This document shows, in pieces, positions 18,787 through 26,618 of a DNA stretch of 37,702 nt. This stretch comes from an uncultured Clostridia bacterium (GTDB lineage: Bacteria; Bacillota; Clostridia; Oscillospirales; CAG-272). Made by a program: the position numbers and the translations under genes. Position 1 is the stretch's first letter; each line of letters starts with the position of its first letter. The stretch covers positions 1 to 37,702 of the forward strand of contig CANQMJ010000001.1 of the NCBI GenBank assembly GCA_947624945.1. The letters are read 5' to 3'. A model generated the notes under the pieces. The model did no database searches, was not told the DNA's origin, and saw only the letters and a program-made list of their open reading frames with translations.

Positions 18787-20385
18787 ATGGACAAGAACGA
18801 GATAAAAAAGGCGATAGAGAGCGGTAAGACCGTTATCGGCATCGAGCTCGGCTCGACGCGCATTAAATCGGTTCTTATCGGCGACGATTTCACTCCCATC
18901 GTGTCCGGCTCCCACGACTGGGAAAACCGGCTTGAGAACGGCGTTTGGACTTACAGCGAGGAAGCGATATGGGAGGGCGTCCGCGACAGCTACGCGAAGC
19001 TCGCGGCGGCGGTCAAGGACGAATACGGCGTGACGCTGCGCCGCGTCGGCGCCATCGGATTTTCCGCGATGATGCACGGCTACCTCGTATTCGACGAGAC
19101 TGGCAAGATGCTCGTGCCGTTCCGCACATGGCGCAACTCGATAACGGGCGAGGCGTCCGCGATACTCTCCGAGAAGTTCCACTTCAACATTCCTCAGCGC
19201 TGGAGCATCTCGCATCTGTATCAGGCGATACTCAATAACGAGCCGCACGTCCCGAACATACGCTTCATCACGACGCTCGCGGGTTACATTCACTGGAAGC
19301 TGACGGGCGAGCGCGTGCTCGGCATCGGCGACGCGTCGGGCGTGTTCCCCATCGACCAGTCGACGAACAATTACGACGAGTGGCTGATAAAGAAATTCGA
19401 CGACATGATAGAGGATAAGCACTATCCGTGGAAGCTCGCGGACATACTGCCGAAGGCGGTGATGGCGGGCGAGTACGCGGGCGTACTTACGACGACGGGC
19501 GCGAAGCTGCTCGACCCGTCGGGCAACCTCGAGGCTGGCATACCGTTCGCGCCGCCGGAGGGCGACGCCGGCACGGGCATGACGGCGACGAACAGCGTCG
19601 CGCCGCGCACGGGCAACACGTCGGCGGGCACGTCCGTGTTCGCGATGGTGGTGCTCGAGCGTCCGCTCAAGGGTTACTATCCCGAGATCGACATAGTTAC
19701 GACGCCTACGGGCAAGCTCGTCGCGATGGTGCACTGCAATAACTGCACCTCCGACCTCAACGGCTGGGTCGACATGTTCGCCGAAGTCCTGCATGAGGCG
19801 GGCTGCGACATACCGAAGTGGAAGCTGTACGACATATTCTACTTCAAATCCGAGGAGGGCGACGCCGACTGCGGCGGGCTCATGTCGTACGGCTACGTGT
19901 CGGGCGAAAACGTCACCGGCATGGACATCGGCAGACCGCTGTTCGTGCGCACGCCGGACGGCAATTTCAACCTCGCCAACTTCACGCGCACGGTGCTGTT
20001 CTCAACGCTCGGCGCGCTTAAAATCGGACTCGATATCCTCTTTGAGGAGGAGGGCGTCAAGGTCGATATGATGTACGGTCACGGCGGACTGTTCAAGACG
20101 GAGCGCGTCGGTCAGAGCTATCTCGCGGCGGCTATCAATTCACCCGTCACCGTCATGAAGACGGCGGGCGAGGGCGGCCCGTGGGGCATGGCGTTGCTCG
20201 CGTCCTACCTCGTCAACAAGGAAAACGGCGAGACGCTCGAGGACTTCCTCGCAAATAAGGTGTTCAAGGGCGAACAGGGCACGACGCTCGAACCCGACCC
20301 GAAGAACGTCGAGGGTTTCACGCGCTTCATCGAGCGCTACCGCGCGGGACTTCCCGTCGAAAAAGCGGCGACCGAGAATCTGTAA
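18787..20385 (+). CDS. FGGY-family carbohydrate kinase (xylulokinase-like)
   Basis: ASKHA phosphate-1 motif [14 protein letters not shown]. Length and layout typical of the FGGY family. Substrate is not deducible from sequence. Confidence 0.75.
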   Translation: MDKNEIKKAIESGKTVIGIELGSTRIKSVLIGDDFTPIVSGSHDWENRLENGVWTYSEEAIWEGVRDSYAKLAAAVKDEYGVTLRRVGAIGFSAMMHGYLVFDETGKMLVPFRTWRNSITGEASAILSEKFHFNIPQRWSISHLYQAILNNEPHVPNIRFITTLAGYIHWKLTGERVLGIGDASGVFPIDQSTNNYDEWLIKKFDDMIEDKHYPWKLADILPKAVMAGEYAGVLTTTGAKLLDPSGNLEAGIPFAPPEGDAGTGMTATNSVAPRTGNTSAGTSVFAMVVLERPLKGYYPEIDIVTTPTGKLVAMVHCNNCTSDLNGWVDMFAEVLHEAGCDIPKWKLYDIFYFKSEEGDADCGGLMSYGYVSGENVTGMDIGRPLFVRTPDGNFNLANFTRTVLFSTLGALKIGLDILFEEEGVKVDMMYGHGGLFKTERVGQSYLAAAINSPVTVMKTAGEGGPWGMALLASYLVNKENGETLEDFLANKVFKGEQGTTLEPDPKNVEGFTRFIERYRAGLPVEKAATENL

Positions 20386-20406
20386 TATAGCAGCTTAATA
20401 CAAACC

Positions 20407-20450
20407 GCAGCGCAGAAAGCATTTCGCTTTCTGCGCTGCATTTATATTTT
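20407..20450 (+). terminator. Rho-independent terminator
   Basis: 14-bp perfect stem gcagcgcagaaagc / gctttctgcgctgc, 5-nt loop, T-rich tail. Confidence 0.85.
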
Positions 20451-20460
20451 AAGATGAATA

Positions 20461-20494
20461 TTGTATTGCAATCCGCAATACAATATGATATAAT
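20461..20494 (+). promoter_or_regulatory. TA-operon promoter with overlapping palindromic operator
   Basis: TTGCAA (20466-20471), 17-nt spacer, TG-extended TATAAT (20489-20494). The 9-bp inverted repeat ttgtattgc-N5-gcaatacaa (20461-20483) covers the -35. Confidence 0.7.
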
Positions 20495-20519
20495 CGGGTA
20501 TAGAAAGGCGGTGATAATC

Positions 20520-20816
20520 ATGCCGACAAAAAGCGCAAACGTGACGGCTCGCGTTCAGCCCGAGATAAAGCGTCAGGCGGAGGCGGTTCTTGAGAGGATA
20601 GGACTGCCCGTTTCGGTCCTGATAGATACACTGTACAGACAGATAATAATGACGGGCGGAGTTCCGTATTCGCTGACTGTGCCGAAGCTGCCGACGAGAG
20701 ACGGCTTGACAGATGAGCAATTTGACGAGATGATGGAAAAAGGCTTTGATCAGGCAAGATCGGGCGACGGAGTGTCCGTTGACGAAGCATTTGCGAAGAT
20801 CCGCGACGGTATCTGA
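20520..20816 (+). CDS. relB: RelB/DinJ-family type II antitoxin
   Basis: MPTKSANVTARVQPEIKRQAEAVLERIGLPVSVLIDTLYRQI is a typical RelB/DinJ ribbon-helix-helix N-terminus. ATG 20520 follows aaaggcgg. Confidence 0.8.
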   Translation: MPTKSANVTARVQPEIKRQAEAVLERIGLPVSVLIDTLYRQIIMTGGVPYSLTVPKLPTRDGLTDEQFDEMMEKGFDQARSGDGVSVDEAFAKIRDGI

Positions 20817-20872
20817 GCAGGGGGTATGAGATAAAGCTGACTTCGCAGGCAGTCGGGCAGATCGAGGAGACT

Positions 20873-21160
20873 GTGCAGTATATATCCAAAGTTCTGCTCG
20901 AGCCGCAAACCGCAAGAAATTGGGCGGATACGATGCAACGTGAGATCGAGAATCTGCACTCTATGCCGCAAAGATATCCTCTTGTTGAGGATGAGCCGTG
21001 GCATACAAAGGAAATACGCAAAATGCTTGTCGGAAATTTCCTTGTTTACTATTTTGTTGATGAGGAAAGCAAAACCGTGTGGGTCACGGCTGTGATATAC
21101 GGACGGAGAGATCAGCTCGCGGCGCTGCTCGACATGACGCCGGATGATGCGGAGCGATAG
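20873..21160 (+). CDS. parE: ParE/RelE-family type II toxin (start codon unresolved)
   Basis: ParE-like core (PQRYPLVEDEPW...RKMLVGNFLVYYFVDEESKTVWVTAVIYGRRD). The frame is open from 20783, and 20825-20872 encodes the expected N-terminus YEIKLTSQAVGQIEET. There is no in-frame ATG/GTG/TTG before GTG 20873. Confidence 0.7.
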   Translation: MQYISKVLLEPQTARNWADTMQREIENLHSMPQRYPLVEDEPWHTKEIRKMLVGNFLVYYFVDEESKTVWVTAVIYGRRDQLAALLDMTPDDAER

Positions 21161-21207
21161 ATCGATGTGTATACGTATATCAGTGCGTATGATTCTTTAA
21201 CAAAACT

Positions 21208-21235
21208 CCGGGCGTTTCCGAAAGGAAACGCCCGG
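21208..21235. terminator. Terminator hairpin between convergent parE and permease genes
   Basis: 12-bp perfect stem ccgggcgtttcc / ggaaacgcccgg with GAAA loop. A T-rich run follows on the - strand (agttttgtt). Confidence 0.75.
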
Positions 21236-21262
21236 CGCACTTATATAATCATTTTCACCGCG

Positions 21263-22426
21263 TCACAGGGCCTTTATCAGAAATTCAAATCCGACGAGAA
21301 CGGCGAGGAACGCGAAGTTGAAGAGCGAAAACTCGGCGACGTATTTCAGTGCCTTGCCCGGATTGTGCTTCACGTACTCGCGGAACGTGATGAGGCTCGC
21401 GAGCGACGCTATGAGCGAGCCGACGCCGCCGACGTTGACGCCGACGAGCAGGTCGGCGTAGTCGGAGGTGAACTGCGACAGCAGTATCGCCGACGGGACG
21501 TTGCTGATGAACTGGCACGACAATGTGCTGAACAAAAGCGTGCTCTTGTCGAGCAGCATCGAGAAGAAGTCGCGCACGACGCCGATGCGCGCCATGTTGC
21601 CGGAGAAGATGAAGAAGAATACGAACGTCAAGAGCAGAGGATAGTCGACCTCGGTAAGCGCATGACGGTCGGCGAAGAACAGCACTATCGGGATCACGAT
21701 GAGTCCTATCCAGTACGGTATGCCGCGGAACACGATCGCTATCGCGAGCGCGAACAGCACAAGGTACAATGCGGCGCGCCGCGGGTCGACGTTGTCGTGA
21801 CCGTCCTCGACGGACAGCGGCTCGGGCTTGACGAAGATGAAGCAGCATGCCGTTATCATCGCGACCGAAAGCACGAACGGCGGCGCCATTATGGACATGA
21901 ACTCGCCCGTCGGTATGCCGAACTTAGTGTAGAGATACAGGTTCTGCGGGTTGCCGAACGGCGTCAGCATGCCGCCGAGATTGGCGGCGATGTTCTGCAT
22001 GATAAAGGTGAACGCCATGTACTTCTGCTTGCCGGTCGTGGACAAAACGAGATATCCGAGCGGCAGGAATGTGAGCAGCGCCATATCGTTGGCGATCAGC
22101 ATCGAGCCGATGAATGTTATGTACACGAGCGCGAGTACGCTCATGCGCGCGTTCTTGAACAGCGCCACGACTCTGTGCGCGAGCATGTAGAAGAAATTGA
22201 TGTCGCGCAGTGCGCACACGACGGCGAGCACGCAGAACAGACACGTCAGCGTCTTGAGATCGAAATAGCCCGCGTAGCTCTCGTCAACGGGTACGATTAT
22301 GCTCGTCACAGTCGCCGCTATGAGCGCTATGACCATCACTACATTCTTTTTTGCAAATCCGACCGCAGCCGACGCCGCCTTGTGCGCGCGAACCGCTGCG
22401 GTCACATGCTGTGCCTCAGTCACCAT
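21263..22426 (-). CDS. ArsB/NhaD-superfamily anion permease (citrate-transporter-like, PF03600 type)
   Basis: 387 aa, about 10 or more TM segments, TPFGNPQNLYLY motif typical of the superfamily. The overlapping + strand ORF 21167-22468 is Arg/Glu/His-rich junk. Confidence 0.8.
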   Translation of the reverse strand: MVTEAQHVTAAVRAHKAASAAVGFAKKNVVMVIALIAATVTSIIVPVDESYAGYFDLKTLTCLFCVLAVVCALRDINFFYMLAHRVVALFKNARMSVLALVYITFIGSMLIANDMALLTFLPLGYLVLSTTGKQKYMAFTFIMQNIAANLGGMLTPFGNPQNLYLYTKFGIPTGEFMSIMAPPFVLSVAMITACCFIFVKPEPLSVEDGHDNVDPRRAALYLVLFALAIAIVFRGIPYWIGLIVIPIVLFFADRHALTEVDYPLLLTFVFFFIFSGNMARIGVVRDFFSMLLDKSTLLFSTLSCQFISNVPSAILLSQFTSDYADLLVGVNVGGVGSLIASLASLITFREYVKHNPGKALKYVAEFSLFNFAFLAVLVGFEFLIKAL

Positions 22427-22453
22427 GAAACATGCACTTCCTTCCGAACGAAT

Positions 22454-22482
22454 ATTATAGTAATATAATTATTAAATGTCAA
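22454..22482 (-). promoter_or_regulatory. Consensus sigma-A promoter for the permease gene
   Basis: On the - strand: TTGACA (22482-22477), 17-nt spacer, TATAAT (22459-22454). RBS ggaaggaag lies before the ATG at 22426. Confidence 0.7.
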
Positions 22483-22499
22483 GCGGGAGAGGAAAAACT

Positions 22500-22932
22500 T
22501 TTTGAAAAAAATAGAATTTGATACAGCAAAACCGCATCGTGCCGTAGGCTTTCTCAACCACACCTACATGCACCGTGCTCGTGCGCTGTTCGGCGCTATA
22601 GCTGACGGGCAACGTGCCGTAGGCTTCGCGGCTTCACCTACGTGCACATCGCTCGTGCGATGACGGCGCTCCCAGCGTCAAACGCAGACACGACGCTTAG
22701 ACGGCGCACTCGCCATGCCGCGAGGGAGCTGTTATGCCGAAGTGTTGACGCGGTCTACGCCCTGTCGCCTCTTTTGCCGCCGATTGAATCACATCGACGG
22801 CACGCTGTGTCGCTTTCGGGGATCATTAATGGGGCTGGGAGATTCCGCAAGCGGAATCTCCTTACGACATTGGAAAGAGTCCCTTAATACGCGTGTATTC
22901 GTCGTGCGTAGGACGAAGTGAACACTTTATGC
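22500..22932 (-). ncRNA. Candidate structured non-coding transcript (unclassified); ends are guesses
   Basis: Lies downstream of the putative - strand promoter at 22939-22967. Contains strong hairpins (22842-22865, 22776-22801) and two tandem copies of the repeat unit. No credible ORF. Confidence 0.2.
22537..22733. repeat. Left arm of the long imperfect inverted repeat (includes two tandem hairpin units)
   Basis: 22601-22733 aligns by eye with the reverse complement of 23052-23190. Long shared blocks include gccgcgagggagctgtt, acgcagacacgacg, cgctcgtgcg and ggcttcgc.gcttcacctacg. 22537-22597 is a second direct copy of 22611-22670. Confidence 0.8.
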
Positions 22933-22938
22933 TGTGAG

Positions 22939-22967
22939 CTTATAAAAAATTCACACTAATTTGTGAA
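22939..22967 (-). promoter_or_regulatory. Putative leftward promoter inside the island
   Basis: On the - strand: TTCACA (22967-22962), 17-nt spacer, TATAAG (22944-22939). Weaker match than its + strand neighbour. Confidence 0.35.
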
Positions 22968-22973
22968 AAATAC

Positions 22974-23002
22974 TTGACAAATCACGAAAAATGTGGTATA
23001 AT
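22974..23002 (+). promoter_or_regulatory. Near-consensus orphan sigma-A promoter facing right
   Basis: TTGACA (22974-22979), exact 17-nt spacer, TG-extended TATAAT (22997-23002). The next CDS is about 400 nt away and has its own promoter. Confidence 0.7.
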
Positions 23003-23008
23003 ATAGGC

Positions 23009-23325
23009 AGTTAAGGGAAAGAGGTGTTTGCAGGCCCGGCGGGGGGCTGCGAACAGCTCCCTCGCGGCGGGGCGATATCGTCGTCCAAACGTCGTGTCTG
23101 CGTCGAACCGTGTTGCGCCGTCAACGCACGAGCGTGGTGCGCGTAGGTGAAGCTGCGAAGCCTTACGGCGGCAGTTCGTCGCTGACGCGCCGACCTGCGA
23201 CACGTTTCCGCTTCGCGGAAAGTGTGGCGTTGCCATCGTTTGGACGGCGAATTTATAAAATGATGTATACTTTATGCAAAAACTAAAACAAAAAACATTT
23301 TCATTCCGACATGGAATTTTTGCAT
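23009..23325 (+). ncRNA. Candidate structured non-coding transcript (unclassified); 3' end is a guess
   Basis: Starts after the orphan promoter. GC-rich with no credible ORF. Local hairpins at 23042-23061 and 23201-23229, and a 13-bp long-range complement (23079-23091 with 23237-23249). A weak hairpin plus T-run lies near 23303-23321. Confidence 0.3.
23052..23250. repeat. Right arm of the long imperfect inverted repeat
   Basis: Reverse complement aligns with 22601-22733 (see left arm). The tail 23237-23249 is an extra inverted copy of the cg.tt.gacggcg word found at 22694-22706. Confidence 0.8.
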
Positions 23326-23331
23326 GTTCTC

Positions 23332-23360
23332 TTGACAAAAACGAAAACGTATGATATTCT
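23332..23360 (+). promoter_or_regulatory. Promoter for the RHH regulator gene
   Basis: TTGACA (23332-23337), 17-nt spacer, TG-extended TATTCT (23355-23360). Confidence 0.5.
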
Positions 23361-23405
23361 ATTTATGCTCCGATTAGAGCATATTCTTGCTACAGAGGTA
23401 CATTT

Positions 23406-23798
23406 ATGGAAACGAGTGAAAAGGTATCCGTCAACATGAACATCGCAACGCTGTCTCAAATCGACCTTTTGGTCGATAAAGGGTACTATTCCAACCGAAG
23501 TGATTTTATCAATCAGGCTGTGAGGCAGGCGCTTGGTGAGAAAAGAGCGGTCGTCGAGGAGACGAGCAGGCAGCAAAACGAGCTTGATTTCAGATGGTTC
23601 ATCGGCGTGATGTCTCTTGAAAAAGAGGAACTGCTGAAAGCAAAAGAGAGCAATATCAAGATAAAGATCAAGGGTTACGGGCTGCTGTGCATCGACGGCG
23701 AGCTCGACGACCTCGTGCTCGAAAATGTTGAGAGCGTCGCCGTGAAGGGCAAAGTCATATGCTCCGACAGGATAAAGGAGCATTTTAAGATACGGTGA
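23406..23798 (+). CDS. CopG/ribbon-helix-helix DNA-binding protein with an uncharacterised C-terminal domain
   Basis: VSVNMNIATLSQIDLLVDKGYYSNRSDFINQAVRQAL has the RHH beta-alpha-alpha pattern. The remaining roughly 85 aa have no motif I recognise. Lower GC than neighbours. Confidence 0.65.
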   Translation: METSEKVSVNMNIATLSQIDLLVDKGYYSNRSDFINQAVRQALGEKRAVVEETSRQQNELDFRWFIGVMSLEKEELLKAKESNIKIKIKGYGLLCIDGELDDLVLENVESVAVKGKVICSDRIKEHFKIR

Positions 23799-23880
23799 AG
23801 GACTATTTAGGAATCAAAATAGACGCAAATGCACATTACCTCGCCCGTTTATCCGTCATGACCCTCCCCGCAAAAAATGA

Positions 23881-23909
23881 TTTACACTTCCCGCATCTTG
23901 TGCTACAAT
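23881..23909 (+). promoter_or_regulatory. Promoter for the flavoprotein-ferredoxin operon
   Basis: TTTACA (23881-23886), 17-nt spacer, TG-extended TACAAT (23904-23909). RBS ggaggg lies before ATG 23930. Confidence 0.6.
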
Positions 23910-23929
23910 AAAGTGACGGAGGGTGTGCG

Positions 23930-25891
23930 ATGAACTTTGAATGGCCATATAAAAACGAATTTTACGAGACGGAATATCTCGAATGCGACGTGCTCGTGCT
24001 CGGCGGCGGTCTTGCGGGCTGCAACGCGGCGATAGCGGCGGCGAGACGCGGCAAGCGCGTCATACTTGTCGAGAAAGGCGCGACCGAGCGCAGCGGCGCC
24101 GCCGGTACGGGCTTTGACCACTGGGAGTCGGCGTGTACGAATCCGTGCTCGCTCGTGACGCCGAAGGAGATAGCGGAGGCGTACGTGGACGAGCAGTGCG
24201 GGTATTCGAACGGGCCGGCGCATTACATAGAGTGCAGAGAGGGCTACGATCGTCTCTGCGACATCGAGTCGTTCGGCGGTAAGATACGCGACACCGACGA
24301 CGAATTTGCGGGCGCCGCGTTCCGCGACGAGAAGACGAAGCTGCTTTTCGCCTACGACTACAAGAACCGCTTCACGATACGCGTGTGGGGCTCGACGTTC
24401 AAGCCCGCGCTCTACCGCGAGCTTTTGCGGCTCGGCGTGCGTGTTTACGACAGAGTCGAGGCGACGAAGCTTTTGACCGTCACCGAAAACGGCAAAAAGC
24501 GCGCCGTCGGCGCGTGCGGCATGAACGTCAGAACGGGCAAATTCTACGTCTTCGCCGCGAAGTCGACGGTGCTCGCGATGAGCCGTCCCGCGCGCATATG
24601 GCTGTTCTCGCCCGACATGGTCGGACTGTCCGAGTTCCGTCCGACGCAGTCGATAGGGTCGGGGCACGCGATGGGGTACAGAGCCGGCATGGAGTTCACG
24701 ATGATGGAAAAGTCTGTGAAAGGCGAATTCTCCGCAGCGGGACGCAGCTTCCCGCCGTACGGCACCGGCAACAACCACAATACATGGTATGCGGCGACGA
24801 TGGTGGACGCGAGAGGCGTCGAGATACCGTACGTAGACAGGGACGGCAACGAGCTGAAAACTGTGCTCGAACGGTACATGCCCGCGCCGGGGCAGAAATT
24901 TTTCCTCAAGGGCGGCGTCATCGACGACCCGAAGTACGAGTACAGAGGCCCCGAGACGCTGCCGTTTGACGAGCTCATAAAGCGCGGCTACGAGCTGCCG
25001 TTCTACGCCGACCTGTCGCGTATGCCGGACGAGGAAAGACACGCGATATGGGGACTCATGGTCGGCGAAGAGGGCAAGACGAAGATACCGATATACGAAA
25101 ACTACACAGAGCGCGGATTCGACCCGACGCGGCACAGGCTTCAAAGCTACGGCACGGGGTGGCAGTCGGCGAGCTTTCTTCCGCAGGAGCGTCAGCTTTT
25201 CGGCGCACCCGGCGGCATATGGCACGACTGGGACCTCAAAACGAACATTGACGGCGTGTATGCGGCGGGTGATCAGCTGTTCGCCTCCGACTGCGCGGGA
25301 TTCGCGTGCGCGACGGGATATTACGCGGGGCGCAAAGCATCTGCGGCGGCGGACACGACAGACATTCTTCCCGTCTCTGCCGACGAAATCGACGAGGAGC
25401 GCGAGCGCCTTTATGCGCCGATGTACAGCAGAGGCGGCATGGACTGGCGCGAGCTCAATATGGCGATAGCGAAGGCGATGCAGAACTACTGCGGCGGCGT
25501 CAAATGCGACGCGCTTCTGCGCGAGGGACTCGACCTGCTCGCGGACTTTGAGAAAAACGCACTTCCCGAGATAACGTGCAAAAACCCGCATGAGCTCATG
25601 CGGACGCACGAGGTCGCCGACATTCTGACAGTGTCGGAGCTGATAATGCACGCGTGCATGGCGAGACGTTCCTCGAGCGTGCCGCTCTGCTTCGAGCGGA
25701 CGGACTGCGGCGGCGCCGTCGACCCCGAATGTGACCGCAGATTCATCACGGTGCGTAAAGAGAACGGTAAGATCGTGGAAGGATCGCATCCGCTCGACGT
25801 GTTCGGCGACCTTGAGTCGGAATACGAAAAGCGCAACGCGGACTACATAGAGAGCGAGCAGAAAGGGGATTACAGAAAAAATGAACGATAA
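23930..25891 (+). CDS. FAD-dependent oxidoreductase, AprA/succinate-dehydrogenase-flavoprotein-like; substrate unknown
   Basis: N-terminal dinucleotide fold DVLVLGGGLAGCNAAIAAARRG. Length and mid-region resemble adenylylsulfate reductase alpha-type flavoproteins. GVYAAGD motif lies near the C-terminal FAD segment. Confidence 0.7.
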   Translation: MNFEWPYKNEFYETEYLECDVLVLGGGLAGCNAAIAAARRGKRVILVEKGATERSGAAGTGFDHWESACTNPCSLVTPKEIAEAYVDEQCGYSNGPAHYIECREGYDRLCDIESFGGKIRDTDDEFAGAAFRDEKTKLLFAYDYKNRFTIRVWGSTFKPALYRELLRLGVRVYDRVEATKLLTVTENGKKRAVGACGMNVRTGKFYVFAAKSTVLAMSRPARIWLFSPDMVGLSEFRPTQSIGSGHAMGYRAGMEFTMMEKSVKGEFSAAGRSFPPYGTGNNHNTWYAATMVDARGVEIPYVDRDGNELKTVLERYMPAPGQKFFLKGGVIDDPKYEYRGPETLPFDELIKRGYELPFYADLSRMPDEERHAIWGLMVGEEGKTKIPIYENYTERGFDPTRHRLQSYGTGWQSASFLPQERQLFGAPGGIWHDWDLKTNIDGVYAAGDQLFASDCAGFACATGYYAGRKASAAADTTDILPVSADEIDEERERLYAPMYSRGGMDWRELNMAIAKAMQNYCGGVKCDALLREGLDLLADFEKNALPEITCKNPHELMRTHEVADILTVSELIMHACMARRSSSVPLCFERTDCGGAVDPECDRRFITVRKENGKIVEGSHPLDVFGDLESEYEKRNADYIESEQKGDYRKNER

Positions 25892-26153
25892 GATGATAAA
25901 TCTTACGGCGGAGACTGTCCCCTGCCACACAAGACCGATAATCATCGACGCGGAAAAGTGCGTCGGCTGCCTGCGGTGCGTGAACGTATGTCAGGTCGAC
26001 GTGCTGCTGCCGCCGCCGAACGGCGAGAAAGCGCCCGTCGCCGCGTATCCGGGCGAATGCTGGTACTGCGGCGCGTGCGTCATGGCGTGCGGCACGGGGG
26101 CTATAAAGCTGCGCCACCCGCTGATGAACAGGGCGAGATTCGTCGAGCGCTGA
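25881..26153 (+). CDS. 2x[4Fe-4S] ferredoxin-like small subunit (AprB-like)
   Basis: Two CxxCxxCxxxC motifs (CVGCLRCVNVC and CWYCGACVMAC). Overlaps the flavoprotein stop by 11 nt, suggesting translational coupling. Confidence 0.75.
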   Translation: MNDKMINLTAETVPCHTRPIIIDAEKCVGCLRCVNVCQVDVLLPPPNGEKAPVAAYPGECWYCGACVMACGTGAIKLRHPLMNRARFVER

Positions 26154-26176
26154 CGGTAAATTTTTTGCAAAATCAC

Positions 26177-26210
26177 GTTTTCCCCGTGGAAATCACGGGG
26201 AAAATTTGTT
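26177..26210 (+). terminator. Rho-independent terminator
   Basis: 11-bp stem ttttccccgtg / cacggggaaaa, loop gaaat, followed by tttgtta. Confidence 0.8.
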
Positions 26211-26293
26211 ATACTGTATATGTATCATCAGTGTAGTTTTTTTCATCACCGAAATGCATGATATCCCGCACACAATATAACAGGGAGTACAGT

Positions 26294-26563
26294 ATGAAAT
26301 TCTTAAATCTTTTGTCTATAGCCAAATTTCTTGACAGATATACAAACGACGACAGCAAATCAAACGAAGATAGAAAGAATGCTGAATCATCAGCCGCAGT
26401 TCTGTTTGTGTCAGCGGTCTTTTTCGGACTGATAGCAATTGTTGAATATAATGCGCCGGGTAGATTCTCTCATTTCTTCGGCACAATTTATGTAATTATA
26501 TCACTGATATTGATCTATTGCGGAGTTACTGTAATATTATCTTTATTAAAAAGAAATGAATAA
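26294..26563 (+). CDS. Small two-TM membrane protein, unknown function, in an AT-rich islet
   Basis: 89 aa from ATG 26294 (RBS agggag). Two hydrophobic spans (AAVLFVSAVFFGLIAIV and TIYVIISLILIYCGVTVILSLL). Composition is markedly AT-rich compared with the flanks. Confidence 0.5.
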   Translation: MKFLNLLSIAKFLDRYTNDDSKSNEDRKNAESSAAVLFVSAVFFGLIAIVEYNAPGRFSHFFGTIYVIISLILIYCGVTVILSLLKRNE

Positions 26564-26618
26564 ATAATTTTCACTTGATAATTCATAATATACACATACA
26601 TTAGGAGATTTCTATAAA

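Noticed and set aside
22614-22647. Resemblance of the repeat hairpin (GUGCCGUAGG...CCUACGUGCAC with a 3'-side bulge) to group II intron domain V.
   Set aside because: There is no AGC catalytic triad, no upper helix with a GNRA loop, no other intron domains and no IEP/RT ORF. The similarity is limited to the CCGUA/UACGG words.
22642-22921. Short ORFs inside the repeat island (22642-22887 +, 22715-22921 +, 22982-23338 -), whose translations look similar between the two arms.
   Set aside because: The similarity follows from the nucleotide repeat. Indels between the copies break the frame, there is no RBS, and the composition is Arg/Ala-rich as expected for non-coding GC-rich DNA.
22734-23051. 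Invertible promoter (inverton) interpretation of the segment between the inverted repeats.
   Set aside because: Not excluded, but the arms are far longer and more diverged than typical invertase sites. The segment carries promoters in both directions, both flanking genes have their own promoters, and no invertase or recombinase gene is in the window. It is kept only as an alternative to test with long reads.
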